Below, one piece after another: positions 52,064-64,000 of a stretch of 64,000 nucleotides of DNA. How positions within the stretch are numbered: position 1 is the stretch's first letter; each line of letters begins with the position of its first letter. The stretch comes from Dissostichus eleginoides. Its lineage: Eukaryota. The notes beneath the pieces were generated by a model, which was given only the letters and a program-made list of their open reading frames with translations, was not told the origin of the DNA and ran no database searches. A program made the position numbers and the translations under genes. The stretch is taken from positions 7,299,185-7,363,184 of the forward strand of contig CM062276.1 in assembly GCA_031216635.1 (NCBI GenBank), written 5' to 3'.

Positions 52064-53776
52064 TCTAATAACTGTGTTTGTTCAAGGTCGCTAAACAATT
52101 CTTAATATTGCCACAAATGTAAAGGTGACAGAAATTCAGAGACAGTTTCAGCTAGCAGACCTCCTTCAACATAATTTATGGAAATGAAAAAGTAAACATT
52201 GCTCCAGGACACTTAGACAAACACATTAATCTTGGTTTTAACTGAGCAAATAAGAAATGCAGTAAGTGCACAGCAGAAGAGGAAAAACGAACCGTTTGCT
52301 TGCTGACACACAGACTAACAAAGAAACAGATTGACCAAAAACATATTTATCTGACCTTTATTTGTCAATTTAAAAGTATTACACAGATTCTACAATATAT
52401 TGCACATGTACAGGTATCGAATGAACTCCACCCAGAAAAAAATATTAAGTTCATCAATCAGCAGAGCTTACAGTATGAACCACATAGTGGAGCGTGACTT
52501 TGAAATAATTAAAAAAGATTAATGTAATAAAAGGAAATGGCAAACAGTTATTTTCAGAAGAGGTTGACACAGTCCTGTCATTCCAGTTGTAAGAGATCAT
52601 TTTCCAAACCATTAAAACATTAATATGGCTGAAGACAACGGTTAAACCTGCAGGACTGTTAAAAGAACAAAGAACACCATCATAGAAGTTCTCCTCAGAT
52701 TTTACGTCTGTATCTTCCCATTATTTTGCACCAGTGGTCAAGTGGGTACTAAGTTAAGATTTACACTTCAATCAAATAAAACAGGTGGCTCCACAACAAC
52801 TGATTCGCATGAACAGATTAGTCACTGTTAAAATATTTACACCCAGTCACTGACAGGTATAAATGAGGCATAGCTAACAGAACAAAAGCTAACTTTAGCT
52901 TGCTTTCATTGTGACTAGTTTAGACTCAGGAGATTTGGCAATAATATAAAAAATGGGTGACATACATAAAATCTAACTCTAAAAATTACGTTTAATAATG
53001 GCGTTTAGTGAGTAAAAACCATTCATTACAAAAAAGAGCCGAAGTACTAAAGGACCACGTGGCGTTAGCTAGGTTAGCATAATCCGATATTTCCCATTCA
53101 TCCTAGACTGGATAAATATGAATAATTCTAAAACACATAATTCTCCATTTATGCCCTGCTTGAATATAAAATTAAAACATATTAATTGCATTTAAGAAAA
53201 GTATTGGCAGCTAAGTTTGATTGACATGTGACTTCCTAAAAACTTATTTGTTTAAGGTTTGCTACAGCTAGGTTAATGAGGTTTATTTGTTGTTTTTATT
53301 AGCTCTTGTGAAAAAAAACATCTGATGCAAAGCTTATTGCCCCATTCTTTAAAATGAGACAAAAGTCATCAATACGTTAAAACATCCCACATTAAATCCA
53401 GAACTTCAAGCAGAGGATGAGGGGTTTCGTTGCAGCCCTGACACCAAAACAAACAACATAGACATAGAAAAGATAGACTATTACTACATTGCATTACAGT
53501 GTACGTATTTCTAAGGCAATTTAAAAATAATTAAGGCACCCGTAAGAGTATAAGCAAAGTCTACACCTGATCAGTGAGCGTTTCTAAAAGAATCAACACA
53601 CTTTAATGGAACTAACAATCACTTTAAAGGCAAACTTATAAAGTCTCTAAAAAATACTTTGTACCTATTTCTTTAAAAATCTAAAACTGTACTATCCAAA
53701 TTCATGATTTAGTTTGGTCTTTGAATCCCATTTTCTTGGCAGTTTGGCACAACAGCCAGAGAAGCAGATACTTTAA

Positions 53777-54052
53777 CTACCGCAGAGCTCACTCACTCAC
53801 TCACTCACTCACTCACTCACTCACTCACTCACTCACTCACTCACTCACTCACTCACTCACTCACTCACTCACACTCACTCACTCACTCACTCACTCACTC
53901 ACTCACTCACTCACTCCACTCACTCACTCACTCACTCACTCACTCACTCACTCACTCACTCACTCACTCACTCACTCACTCACTCACTCACTCACTCACT
54001 CACTCACTCACTCACTCACTCACTCACTCACTCACTCACTCACTCACTCACT
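53777..54052. repeat. (CTCA)n tetranucleotide microsatellite, ~65 units with rare interruptions
   Basis: actcactcactc... for ~275 bp, ending ~100 bp 3' of the APOL-like gene 2 stop codon (minus strand), i.e. in its probable 3' UTR or flank. Confidence 0.95.
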
Positions 54053-54148
54053 TCAAAGTACTTGTAATGTTCTGTAGGGGAACTTGGAAACTGAGAATGT
54101 TTGAAGCTTCCATCTGAACCCCTAATGATAGAGCAAAGTTTCAGGCCT

Positions 54149-55100
54149 TCAAACATATTCTCGGTTCTCATAGTCCTTTTTAATGGCTTTTTTGATGCGG
54201 TCGATTTCATCTTCACTTGAACTGTCATGTTTGTCGTCTTTCTTGTCACTGTCCAATGGGGCTGTGTCGTTGCCTTCGTCGTTTGCTGGCCCGGTGCACT
54301 GCAGCTCCTCTCGTATCGTGTTCAGCTCCACCAGGCCGTCGTGCAGCTGCGTCGCCACCTCCCTGATTTTGGCAGCAAACTCGGACTTGGCCCCTTTCTT
54401 CAGTTCTTTGGAGTCTTTGGCCACGAAGTAGATGTCCATGCCTACAAAGAGTCCAGTGAGCACACCAGTGGCCATACTAGCGATCTGGACCGCTCTCGCT
54501 GCGGTGCTTCCTGCCACGTTGGCGATCTGCACCACACGCATGATCTCGTTAGCGCTGATGAGGATGGCCTTCCCTGCCATGGCGCCGTCTTCATAAATAC
54601 TCTTGCTGAGCACAGGGAAGTCTCGGTTGTAGGCGTGTTCTTTCATCTTGATCAGGTCAAACCTCTTCATGTTCTCGATTCCCTGCTTGATGAATTTAAG
54701 GCACTTGTTGAGGTCGACCATCTTCTCCACATAATCATTCACGATCTTCTCCACCTTCTTGCGGTCCTGGGAGTTGTTGACCTGGTTGGAGATGCCGGCG
54801 CCTGCTGATGTCAGACCGCCTGCCGTAGCGACACCCAATCCTACAGCCGTAATAATCAGAGAGACCCCGAAGGTGACCGGGGCCAGAGCGAGGCCGGTGA
54901 TGGTGGCCACGCCCCCGATGGCGCTGGTGGAGCCGCCGGTGATTTGGGCGATCTTTGTGTTCTTGTTGAACTTGTCCAGGCCGTCTGCGATGCTGTTGAG
55001 GTCGATGACGTGCTGCCAGAGGCTCTCAGCCCGCTCCGAGAACAGTTTGTTGAAGACGCGGATTCCCTTCTGCACCTTGTCCGCCGTCACAGCAAACGCC
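54149..55100 (-). CDS. APOL-like gene 2, main (terminal) exon encoding the whole ApoL domain without an intron
   Basis: 313-aa ORF plus acceptor; paralogous to both exons of gene 1 (e.g. RVFNKLFSERAESLWQHVIDL vs RLFVRLFNKRGASLQHRILEL; FVAKDSKELKKGAKSEFAAKIREVATQLHDGLVELN vs FLAKDSHELRKGAKTKFATKIRDVCKELQDGLLDLN). Confidence 0.8.
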
Positions 55101-56871
55101 CTGAGACGAGCAATTTAGAATTACAAAGAGCAAGGTCACAGTTTATTTCAAATACCCCTAGTGGATCTTCCATTCACATACTAGTGGTTTTAGTTCCCCA
55201 AGTTTTGAGATATCCAGCTCTCAATAATACACAGAATTTGTATAAAAGGTTTTTCTGGTGTGTCTAATACATTTTCTTGCTACATTGTTGATGTCAGACA
55301 AACATAAAAAGCTTCAGAGTTTTGAGATGTGGGGTAAAGGTGGTATTGTTTTTGGAAAATTGTGTATTTTTTCTTTTATGTTTTTGACCGTGTTTCGAGC
55401 AGTGAAAACAAAATGATGTTCTCCATATGTTGGGGTCAGGGAAGACATTTAAGATGTGGATATCTCAAAACTAAATCTATCTGCATGGCTTAATACCACC
55501 AGAAATAAAAACATCAGATCCTTTAAAGATCAAAGACAAGGAAGTGAAATATTATATAAACATGTATTTGTGCCCTCACTTACTTCGCCTCTTGTTTTTC
55601 TGTCATGTCATCCTCTTGAGGCGTGTCCTCCCAGGCTGAGGAGGTCAAAGTAAGAAAGAAAAAATGAAGTTAACTTATCGTGCAATATTCAATAACGGAC
55701 AGAAGTATGTGAACAGCAAAACATCCAGAGCATATAGAGTGCCGAAGTCCCTCCCTTTCCGGTGGACCTCCATGGGACCTTATTTCGGAAAAAGTATGTA
55801 TTGAAGTCAATGGCGAGAGAAAGTTATCTTTCGATCCCGTTTGAATTGTGCCACGAATTACACATATGATGTTTGTCAATTTAAAAGATAATTTTGCAAG
55901 TCAAAAAAATAAAACTGAAGTAACACTTTTTTTTGTGTGAAACCGCTCAATGAACTACTTCTCCCGTCTCGCACCACACACCAAGACGGCCGTCACGTTG
56001 CACATTTCACTTCTTTCTTTCAGAATGAGGCGAAAAGTATTAAACGAGGTGAAAATCACTACAAGTCTGGGCATGTTGAGAGCTGTACATACACAAAAGG
56101 AGAGTTAGTCGGTTCCGTAAGAGCCAGCATGCGGGACCGGAATTCTGGGATTTGTAGTCTTTCTAGTTGCGTATTTTTCATAGTCTTGTATTTCAACAGT
56201 TTTAAGACAAACTGTGACTTTTTTGACATGGAAATTATTTTTTAAGATTGATAAACATCATATGTGTAATTCATGGCACAATTCAAACGGGATCGAAAGA
56301 TACGTTTTCTCTCTCCATTGACTTCAATACATACTTTTTCCGAAATAAGGTCCCATGGAGGTCACCGGAAAGGGAGGGACTTCGCCTCTCTATAGTTCCA
56401 CAAGCATGGGCATTAACCTGCTGCTATAACAGCATCCAGTACTGTGGGTTCAGATTTTGGGACCTGCTTGCAGGGTTAGTTTCTATTCGGCCACAATATA
56501 AATTAATAAACACAGAAAACGCTTTTTAACCGACCTTGCTCTGTGTCCCATGGGCATAATGTTAAAATAGATAATGTTATTTCTAAAACTGTTGCCAAAA
56601 AATTGTAAGAACACTTTTGTAGATATAATGGTTTGATGCGGCTGCATTCACTTCCTTTATTTGTTACTTACACTCCACGGTGTTCCACCAATCCATAAGG
56701 CCCTGGAAATCCTGAAACACACCATTAGATTTATATGAGTTTGCATGTTTACGGTTGCTATTCAAACTGTTGAGATCATATTTTGCTTCAGAAACCAACC
56801 TGTCTGTCTTCAGGCTGTGACGGGTCAATACGTAAATCTTCCAACTGGTCGAATAAAGTTCTTTTTCCATT
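54149..56871 (-). CDS. Apolipoprotein L (APOL)-like gene 2: phase-consistent model of 4 exons (A 56800-56871, B 56672-56711, C 55584-55635, main 54149-55100); further 5' exons likely
   Basis: Exon A: gtttcag|AATGGAAAAAG...GACAGACAG|gttggt (NGKRTLFDQLEDLRIDPSQPEDRQ, 72 nt, phase 0). Exon B: gtgtttcag|GATTTCCAGG...GTGGAGT|gtaagt (DFQGLMDWWNTVE plus 1 nt). Exon C: cctcctcag|CCTGGGAGG...GAGGCGAA|gtaagt (2 nt, WEDTPQEDDMTEKQEA, 2 nt). Main exon: tctcag|GGCGTTTGCT... giving ..S-WEDTPQEDDMTEKQEA-K-AFAVTADKVQKGIRVFNKLFSERAESLWQHVIDLNSIADGLDKFNKNTKIAQITGGSTSAIGGVATITGLALAPVTFGVSLIITAVGLGVATAGGLTSAGAGISNQVNNSQDRKKVEKIVNDYVEKMVDLNKCLKFIKQGIENMKRFDLIKMKEHAYNRDFPVLSKSIYEDGAMAGKAILISANEIMRVVQIANVAGSTAARAVQIASMATGVLTGLFVGMDIYFVAKDSKELKKGAKSEFAAKIREVATQLHDGLVELNTIREELQCTGPANDEGNDTAPLDSDKKDDKHDSSSEDEIDRIKKAIKKDYENREYV*. 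The 1-nt/2-nt carry-overs across the three junctions all close codons without stops. Confidence 0.7.
55584..55635 (-). CDS. APOL-like gene 2, exon C
   Basis: See the gene-level entry; 52 nt. Confidence 0.55.
55726..56410. mobile_element. Foldback-type inverted-repeat element (arms ~160 bp, ~90% identical, ~365-bp spacer) in the intron between APOL-like gene 2 exons B and C
   Basis: Left arm 55726-55881 (catatagagtgccgaagtccctccctttccggtggacctccatgggaccttatttcggaaaaagtatgtattgaagtcaatgg...gtttgaattgtgccacgaattacacatatgatg) is the reverse complement of the right arm 56247-56410. Confidence 0.7.
56672..56711 (-). CDS. APOL-like gene 2, exon B
   Basis: 40 nt; perfect GTAAGT donor. Confidence 0.5.
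56800..56871 (-). CDS. APOL-like gene 2, exon A
   Basis: 72 nt, phase 0-0. Confidence 0.5.
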
Positions 56872-58030
56872 CTGAAACAACAGATATATTACTTTTTTAA
56901 ATGTATATATTAACACCAAGATTTGGAGTAAAGACAAAATGTCAGGGTTTAGTGTGTGGCTGAAGTGTGTGAGTGAGACAGAAAGACTGAGAAACATAAA
57001 GATAATGAATTAATATCGACTTATGAGGTGTCTCATATCTTTGGTTTCACTTTTCATGCTGTATATGCTCAGATAAAGAGGGGGAAGTGATAGTAAAAGC
57101 AATTCTAAATGCACTGCTTGTTTTTGCAGAAGTAAAGAACCCCCATGGAAACCTTGAAAAAGGAAGCATAGCAGAGAAACAAGTTTGGGCACATGGCAAC
57201 CTAATCTCATCTCTTCTCCTTCTATACCAGGGAACTGCACAAACACTGCGTGGAGGTGGGTGTCATGTCGAGAGTGGAGGGTAGAAAAACAAACACATGT
57301 TGACTATAATAGTCTCTGTTGGGAGCTAAGTGGACACCCTGGAGACGAACATAAGACAGAGGTTGTTTTCAGGGAGGGGTTGGGTTACTGGAGCAGAACT
57401 GAACCACGATGAGTAAGACTGAAAATGGTCAGTTGGGTGGACAAATATACTGACACAGAGGGAGGTAAGAGGTTAAAAACTTGTGATGTGAGAGCAGACT
57501 GAAGGAGAGAAAGAAACTAGGAAACGTCAAACACAGTTTTATGTGTCATCCAGTTCATTTTCACTACCTCTCCTGCGCCTACAGCGCCGTCCTGAGCGTT
57601 CCTCCTAATGCCTTTGCCCTGAAACAAATGAAAACACACCCAAGGACACACAGTTACAGCATTTGTTATATCAATATACAGTTTTGCTTTTGGGCAGATA
57701 TTAATTCCCATGCAGTCCAAACCGCTAAAAAAACATTTCTCAGAAGCAGCTTACTCACTACTCTTCACAACATAACATGGCAAGACTGCACATTTTCAGT
57801 TAGCAGCCATAGAGATACACCAAAAAAACATTAAATAATTGAGTGGAGATTTGTGTCCGACAACGCTCTCCACCACCAGCATCAAAATAACCTTTTAGAC
57901 AATATTATTAAGAGAATGGTGTTCATGCTATTTTCATCCATGGCAATAATTTTAAGTTATGGTTTTGTGTTATCAGACAAAGGGGAGACTTTATTTAAAT
58001 GTTCTTTACGGCTTCAATTTAATTTGTTAG

Positions 58031-58420
58031 TTAAGGTAGGGTAGGTAAGAATGGAGAAACCAGCTCGAGTGTGCTAGAATTTGAAAGTACGCAGCCGGAA
58101 AAATCTGCCCCTTCCTTCAGACTTCCTTACAGAGCCCCTCCTCCAACACTCACGAACGCGCACATGACCAATGAGGGCACAAGATAAGTTTGTGCACAGA
58201 TGGAAGGCTGACAGGCAGGTAGGCCTTCCAGTTATTTTAGCCGGGCCGGCTCAGATGATTGGTCGTGCTTTTTACAGCGCCACGGCTTCCACAGATGAAT
58301 TTTTTTTAATGTATTTATTGTCAAAGCATTTAATTTATTCATTGCTATCGGGATGTTAAGAGCATTCCATGGAATATAACAAAAAGTGTTTCTGAAGTGA
58401 ATTACCTACCCCACCTTTAA
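58031..58420 (-). mobile_element. MITE, family B, inverted copy
   Basis: ttaaggtagggtaggtaagaatggagaaaccagctcgag ... gtgaattacctaccccacctttaa; same internal sequence (gccacggcttccacagatga, ccaatgagggcac...) in reverse complement. Confidence 0.75.
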
Positions 58421-58758
58421 CATCCAATGGCATAGACCTTTTTTTCTTCTGATAGGTTGTGAATTTGACATTTAACAAACAATGATTAACTCAATTATCA
58501 TAGAATAACAAGCGCTGTCATACAGAAACACAGTCTCCACAGTTCAGATGTATACAGATTCACTGACTTAAAGAAGACACAGAGGGATGCAGATGCTGTG
58601 ACTAAATGTTGTCCTTAATAATTGAAACTGCTCATACAGCAGCATTATGCTTGGTAGTTAGTATTTGTAATGAAGGATTTAGTTAAATTACATTTCAGTC
58701 ATTTTGACAAACAAACATTTATTATCCACGTGTAAGGAAACATGTGATTGATTGTTAC

Positions 58759-58809
58759 CTTGCCACTTGGCATGAAAGGATTGTGTTTCTTCGGTTTCTT
58801 GACTTTGGT
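58759..58809 (-). CDS. Candidate upstream exon (TKVKKPKKHNPFMPSGK), phase 0-0; gene assignment uncertain (APOL-like gene 2 5' region or a separate gene)
   Basis: ctttttag|ACCAAAGTC...GGCAAG|gtaaca; 51 nt. Confidence 0.25.
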
Positions 58810-59704
58810 CTAAAAAGAAAAATAATAGTTTCAGTGTTACCATGAGGAAGAGGCACATCATCACATTCTGGAATATTCCTTGCACAAGTAAAATGTAACA
58901 TTTGTTCCTGATAACTATGGTTAAAAATAATCAAACCAGGAACTGTTATTCTTTTAACCCTTAGATGCATAAGTGGGTCTTTTTTGACCCGGTGAGGTGG
59001 TTTTCTTGAAGTATCTTTGTACATACATTTTTTTATCATTTCATATTCCAGCTATTCCTCAAAAAACATGTTTTGGATATCATGCCATTCAAATTTTAAA
59101 TAAAAATTTTAAGAAATTGTAGTTTTTGTATTACTACCCCAAACTTCCATAAGTGGACACCTCTCAGGAAGATTATTTTACACAGCAAGATCTGATACCT
59201 GTCAGTATAATAATAATACATTATATTTTTATAGGGCTTTTCAAGGACTCAAAATCGCTTTACAATATAAGGGAAGGTTAGGGTGGGGGGTATAGGACTA
59301 TCAAACTTGATCAACCGGCATGGATTGATGGGGGGTGGGCTATGATGAGTAGACAAGAGGAGAAGAGATGAGTTTTGAAAAAGGGACTTTAATACTGTGA
59401 GGGTCTCAGAAAAGAGATCTTTGCATCAATATGTTCAAAACGTTTTTTTCAAAATGTAAAAAAAATGTCTAAAATTATAAATAGGGAAAAATTAAATATA
59501 AAATATTTCTAGTGTGAACCAAAATATAATACTAAATATTATACAAGTGATTATTCTTAACCAAAATGACAAAAATGGCATAAAAACACATATTATTCTA
59601 ATACGGGTCCTTTTCGGCCCACTTATGGAAGAGTGTAGGGTCCAGTCACTCTAAGGGCATCTAAGGGTTAAAAAGCATTTCATTAAAGACATTAATTAAA
59701 ACAC

Positions 59705-59794
59705 CTCTGTTTTTTCCTTGCCCTCTTCATCTTTTGTTTCCTCTTTAGGTGAAGAATCATCTTCTCCATCCAGCCCTTCATCATCAGACTCAGC
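59705..59794 (-). CDS. Candidate acidic exon: AESDDEGLDGEDDSSPKEETKDEEGKEKTE
   Basis: ctttcttcag|GCTGAGTCTG...ACAGAG|gtgttt; 90 nt, phase 0-0; shares the SDDEGL.DG motif with the 61847-61912 exon. Confidence 0.3.
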
Positions 59795-59966
59795 CTGAAG
59801 AAAGAAAAAAAAAGTGTGAACCTAAAAATGAAATAAATGAGTACCAAGGGGAAAAGCAACAGGGTGGCGTATAATCTTACTAATTAAAAAAACATTTTTC
59901 AATTTGATAAAGTACATCAGCTTTGTGAAAATACATTTGAGGTAAGGGACTCAGTATAGTTTATTG

Positions 59967-61015
59967 GGTACCACTTTACAATAAGACTACCCTTATAAAA
60001 GGATTCATAAATGGATTTATAATTAGGTTATTAATTAGGTTGTAAACACTTCATTAATCCTTAAGAACCATTTATAAACCAGTTCTAACAGTTTTCATAC
60101 ATCAACACAGGCTCACTATTTGGCAAGATGACTAATGAAGCTCAGCGCAAGTTCAACCAGGAAGACCGTCTTTACTAACACATTTACTATTTCTATGTTA
60201 CTACTCTCTCGCCTCTCAATAAGTGATCGGGGGCGTCACTCCCCAGCTTAACCAATCACTTCGCTCTATTCTCACAAGCCTATCATAGCGCTCTGCTAAG
60301 CCTTTTAAATCTGCTCTCCCCCCTCCGACAGCTGTCATTTCAGGTGACTCGATGCAACCCTCCTCCCCCCTTTTCACCTCCTGTCCCTCTTAATCCAGGG
60401 TCAAGCTAAGCCACTCCCCTTCAGACCGAACTCAACCATCCATTCACCACCACCAGTGTCTGGACCCCGGGGGGTTTCATCGGATCGGTTCTCCCCTCCC
60501 GAATGATACTCCCGCACAACGGGGCCTAATCGCCAAAACTCCATTACATTCATTTGTGCATTCCTGGCAATAAATATCTATTCTTACATCAAAACCGTCT
60601 CTCCTGATTGAAAGCCTTATATTGGCTACCTAGCTTACTTTGTCTTCTTCATCAGCCAGCATCCTTGGTATCTGGTGTTAACTGAGTTGATTCCCCCCCC
60701 TTCCATCTTGATGTTTCTTGGCATCTCTTTATGACCATTTATTTACGAGTTACTAACATTTATAGTTGCCAAAAGGGAGCCTTGTTGTAAAGTGTAAAAC
60801 ACATTAATGAGTTACTACCATTTCTAATAAGGCTTAGCAGTACAGATAAATGTGGGCTCACTATTTGGCAAGCAACCGGTTACAGTCGCCCTGTTTATCT
60901 CATGGCTTATAAAAGCTTATTAATGATTTATAAAGTGTTCACAACCTAATTAATAAATGAATTACAAACTATTCATAAACCCTTTATAAGGGTAGTCTTA
61001 TTGTAAAGTGGTACC
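59967..61015. mobile_element. DNA-transposon-like element with long (~100 bp, ~80% identity) terminal inverted repeats starting GGTACCACTTTACAATAAGACTACCCTTATAAA
   Basis: Left end 59967-60065 and right end 60915-61015 are reverse complements (ggtaccactttacaataagactacccttataaa...aattaggttgt[a/g]aacac); 1049 bp; no ORF. Confidence 0.65.
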
Positions 61016-61846
61016 GTTTTTTGTATAGATTGAAGTTAGTGCAACACATATACAAGTCCTTATGGCAGTATAGACTTTATATGAAGAGCAAATCAAAAAA
61101 TAAAGACCTTTGCTCCAGCACGCTGCATAAATGGATTATGGCGCCTAGGTTTTTTCACCTTGGCCTGTAAAGAAAAAAGCCACAGTGATGTGAAGTAACA
61201 TGAGAAGCACCAACTGGAAGAACCACATTTCACCACGGCCTGCAGACCTAATGTGTGCTACGGTTCAAAAAGACCTCTGTAACTAATTTGTGTGTCTGTT
61301 TCTTCCTCACACACACACACACACATGTAAGTATATATTTCGTTTACAGTAAATCAAACATAGCATGCAGTCAAGTACTCCGATTTAAACCTGATTGTTC
61401 CACGCAGCTTTAAGTTTAAAAGTCGTTTTTAACTTTTGTGTGGTTTTTAAACAGGCACAACTTTATATCAAGATCCCAACGTTTCTTGCCAACTGTATCA
61501 GGCTGGGTTTAGGAGAAATTAAAACTGTAGGGTTGGGATTACATTGTCTCGTGACTGACGATAACCGCAAGCTTTTGTAAAACTCACGCTAACAATAGCT
61601 GGTGCCAGATGTTATTTGCATTGCACGAAAGAAAAGATAAAAAAGAAGCAGGAACTGGAACTTAAAAAAGGCACCTGCAGCAAACACTTTCTGTTGTTTT
61701 CCCCTGAATGTAGCAGCAATCTGGAGTTCATTACACATTCTCACACTCACAAACACATACGGTACATATGCAGGTCATAATACAGGTTACTACCAATACT
61801 AAGGATTAGGAATGAAAACAGTGTGATGATGAAGAGATAAACTCAC

Positions 61847-61912
61847 TGCTTTGCTTTCTTCCTCTCTGGCTCCTGCAGATCCATCCATGAGGCCTTCATC
61901 GTCTGATTGGCT
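61847..61912 (-). CDS. Candidate acidic exon: SQSDDEGLMDGSAGAREEESKA
   Basis: ttccggcag|AGCCAATCAG...AAAGCA|gtgagt; 66 nt, phase 0-0. Confidence 0.3.
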
Positions 61913-62469
61913 CTGCCGGAAAAAAACAAACTCATTACATTTGATTTAACTTACAGGAGGTTTCAGCTAAATATTTGTTTAGTTTAGTTTGAAAGAGGCT
62001 TGTGAAAACCGTTGACAGCCAAAGTTTAAGACTAGAAATGACATTGTATTCCATCTGTTCAGGGTTAGGGAGGAATCACTTGAAACAGCTTTAGAATCAT
62101 TATTTGTTTCCAGTAATGTTTTAGGACACACAAAAACAGTTAGAACTGCTGTTGGCTTAAGGGTATGCACTGAAGGTTTCAAGTTTCTCTTCAAACTTAT
62201 TCAAATCAAAAATCTTTTTTATTTAGTTTCGACAATCAATAAGCAGTGTTTGTCATATAGTAATGGTAAACATAATATATGCCAATGCAAATGAGCGATT
62301 GGTCTGTGCTGATTGTATGGACAAAAGGAAAAATAAAAAACAAAACGGGACAAACAGAGACAAACAATAACAACGACTAAAGTAATCCCCCAACACTGCC
62401 AGTGATCCTTATACACACGAATATATAATATATGCCAGACATATTGTTGGATGAGTATATATGCATGTA

Positions 62470-62546
62470 AAACAAATGCATATACACACATGCATATACA
62501 CACATGCATATACACACATGCATATACACACATGCATATACACACA
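62470..62546. repeat. 16-bp minisatellite (atgcatatacacacat) x ~4.7
   Basis: Directly visible; resumes as catatacacacacg after the inserted element at 63131. Confidence 0.85.
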
Positions 62547-62554
62547 TGCATATA

Positions 62555-62647
62555 CCAGGGTTTCCGCTAGGATTTTTTCTGGCCGGTCAAATGTCCGGAA
62601 ATAATTTATTTTACCGGACAAATTCGTAAACTTACCGGTCATGTTTC

Positions 62648-62694
<47 letters not shown>

Positions 62695-63130
62695 GAAGAA
62701 GAATTGTGTAGCAGAGTTTCCGTTAGCAGGTAATTACCGGACTATGACCGGACATGCTGGCTCATTTTTATATTGCTTCAGTTTATAATCGTAAAAGATC
62801 GAAAAGTTCTTTTTTCAAAAAATGATACGCTTCTCCAAACAACAAACATCATCATTATTAGACTCAGCAGCTGATCTGATCTCTCTCTTTCGTCCGGACC
62901 GGTTATACTTCACTCGTGTTTATGTCCATATCGATCAGATCCATCGGCCTTTATAGAGAGCACCGATCAAACTATTAAGAGTGAATATCTGCCGATAATG
63001 ATCGGCGGCCGATCGATCGGAGCATCCCTAATTACTACCGGACATTTTGACCGGCAGGTTTTGAATTTACCGTTTTTTTATAAATGTTACCAGCTAAAAA
63101 CCGGTAATTACCGGCCAACGGAAACCCTGG
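62555..63130. mobile_element. hAT-like MITE (TIR CCAGGGTTTCCG) inserted into the 16-bp minisatellite
   Basis: ccagggtttccgctagg ... ccaacggaaaccctgg; flanks gcatatac / catataca (7-8 bp direct repeat); internal ccggtc/ccggac-rich subterminal repeats and an (AAT)n tract at 62651-62695. Confidence 0.65.
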
Positions 63131-63174
63131 CATATACACACACGCAACCTACACATACACATTTGCTGTATACA

Positions 63175-63205
<31 letters not shown>

Positions 63206-64000
63206 GCTGCACTTAAGCTAAACCAATAACAGAATGATTTACAGAGTTTTGAATGCATTTATAAAAGGTCCCCAGGCTTCCTGAAATTTGCTGTTTGAGT
63301 ATAGAAATGAGTATCTGATCTTTTCAAGTTTCATACAGGACATAACATCTGTCAACCACTGTAGATGAGTCTTCAAACTTATTCAAGTTGCATACTGGAT
63401 TATGATTTGCTCCAAACTGCACACTGAGAACACTGATAACATCAAAGTTGTATCTTTCTGCTCCAAAAAAATATCAATATCTTGTTCTGTGCACATGTCG
63501 GTACCTGATGGTTGCTCTTCTGCTTTTGTCTCGCAGCTGTTTTATTCAGTTCCTGAAATGAAACCAGAATAGTTTACTTAACCAAAGGAAGGATACAGCT
63601 CAGCTCCAAACACACACACACTGCTAGCTGCTTTGAATAGTCTGTCAGGGTGGAGCTGCAGCAAAGATCCTGAAGAATCCTTTCACCTCCTCAGCTGAGG
63701 TCATTTCATCTCACACTTAATCCTTCATCAGATATATAACTCTATCAATCCGTCGATACACTCGGCCATGTTTTGAGTTTAATGACATGGTAATGTGCAT
63801 TGTGTTGTAACAGGATAAGGAAAAGACTGAGCACTCAGGAGACTCAAATGAGAATACATATACTGCAGAGAAGCCTAAAGCCAAGCAGGTGGGTTGTTAC
63901 GGCGGAATAACTTCATCTCGTTGAGTTATTATTTATTCCCTGAACACTGAAGCCTTAAATACCTCCTCTGACAATCTGGCAGATCTGGAGATCATGTCCT

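Noticed and set aside
53721-54077. ORF encoding (HSLT)n
   Set aside because: It is a translation of the (CTCA)n tetranucleotide repeat.

Overview
The window reads as vertebrate, most likely teleost fish, nuclear DNA. It is AT-rich, with multi-exon genes obeying GT-AG splicing, long (CA)n/(TG)n microsatellites, a tRNA-derived SINE, an L2 LINE and many MITE or hAT-like DNA transposons; nothing is prokaryote-like. Coordinates are hand-derived and should be taken as within a few bp. The most unusual feature is a ~18 kb minus-strand gene, ~30.2-48.4 kb, built from about 49 very short exons, nearly all phase 0 and multiples of 3 nt. The exons alternate between a basic GG(L/I)FSG(M/L/I)FKK(S/T)PK module and an acidic D-x-L-S-A-S-(S/N)-D-S-L-S-E-N module. 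A 4-exon cassette is tandemly triplicated with a ~710 bp period; three cassette exons carry 1-nt frame-breaking indels, and one exon contains an in-frame 18-bp x5 coding minisatellite. Two apolipoprotein-L (APOL)-like paralogs sit on the minus strand with different exon structures: 26.9-29.0 kb with an intron through the conserved domain, and 54.1-56.9 kb with a phase-consistent 4-exon model. A 5-exon DOMON-domain gene lies at 5.3-12.3 kb (minus); it encodes a single-pass membrane protein with a mucin-like stalk but no cytochrome b561. The window also holds a ~3.7 kb segmental duplication (0.9-4.7 kb versus 21.0-25.3 kb) with copy-specific insertions, and a DIRS/Crypton-like tyrosine recombinase fragment at the window start.
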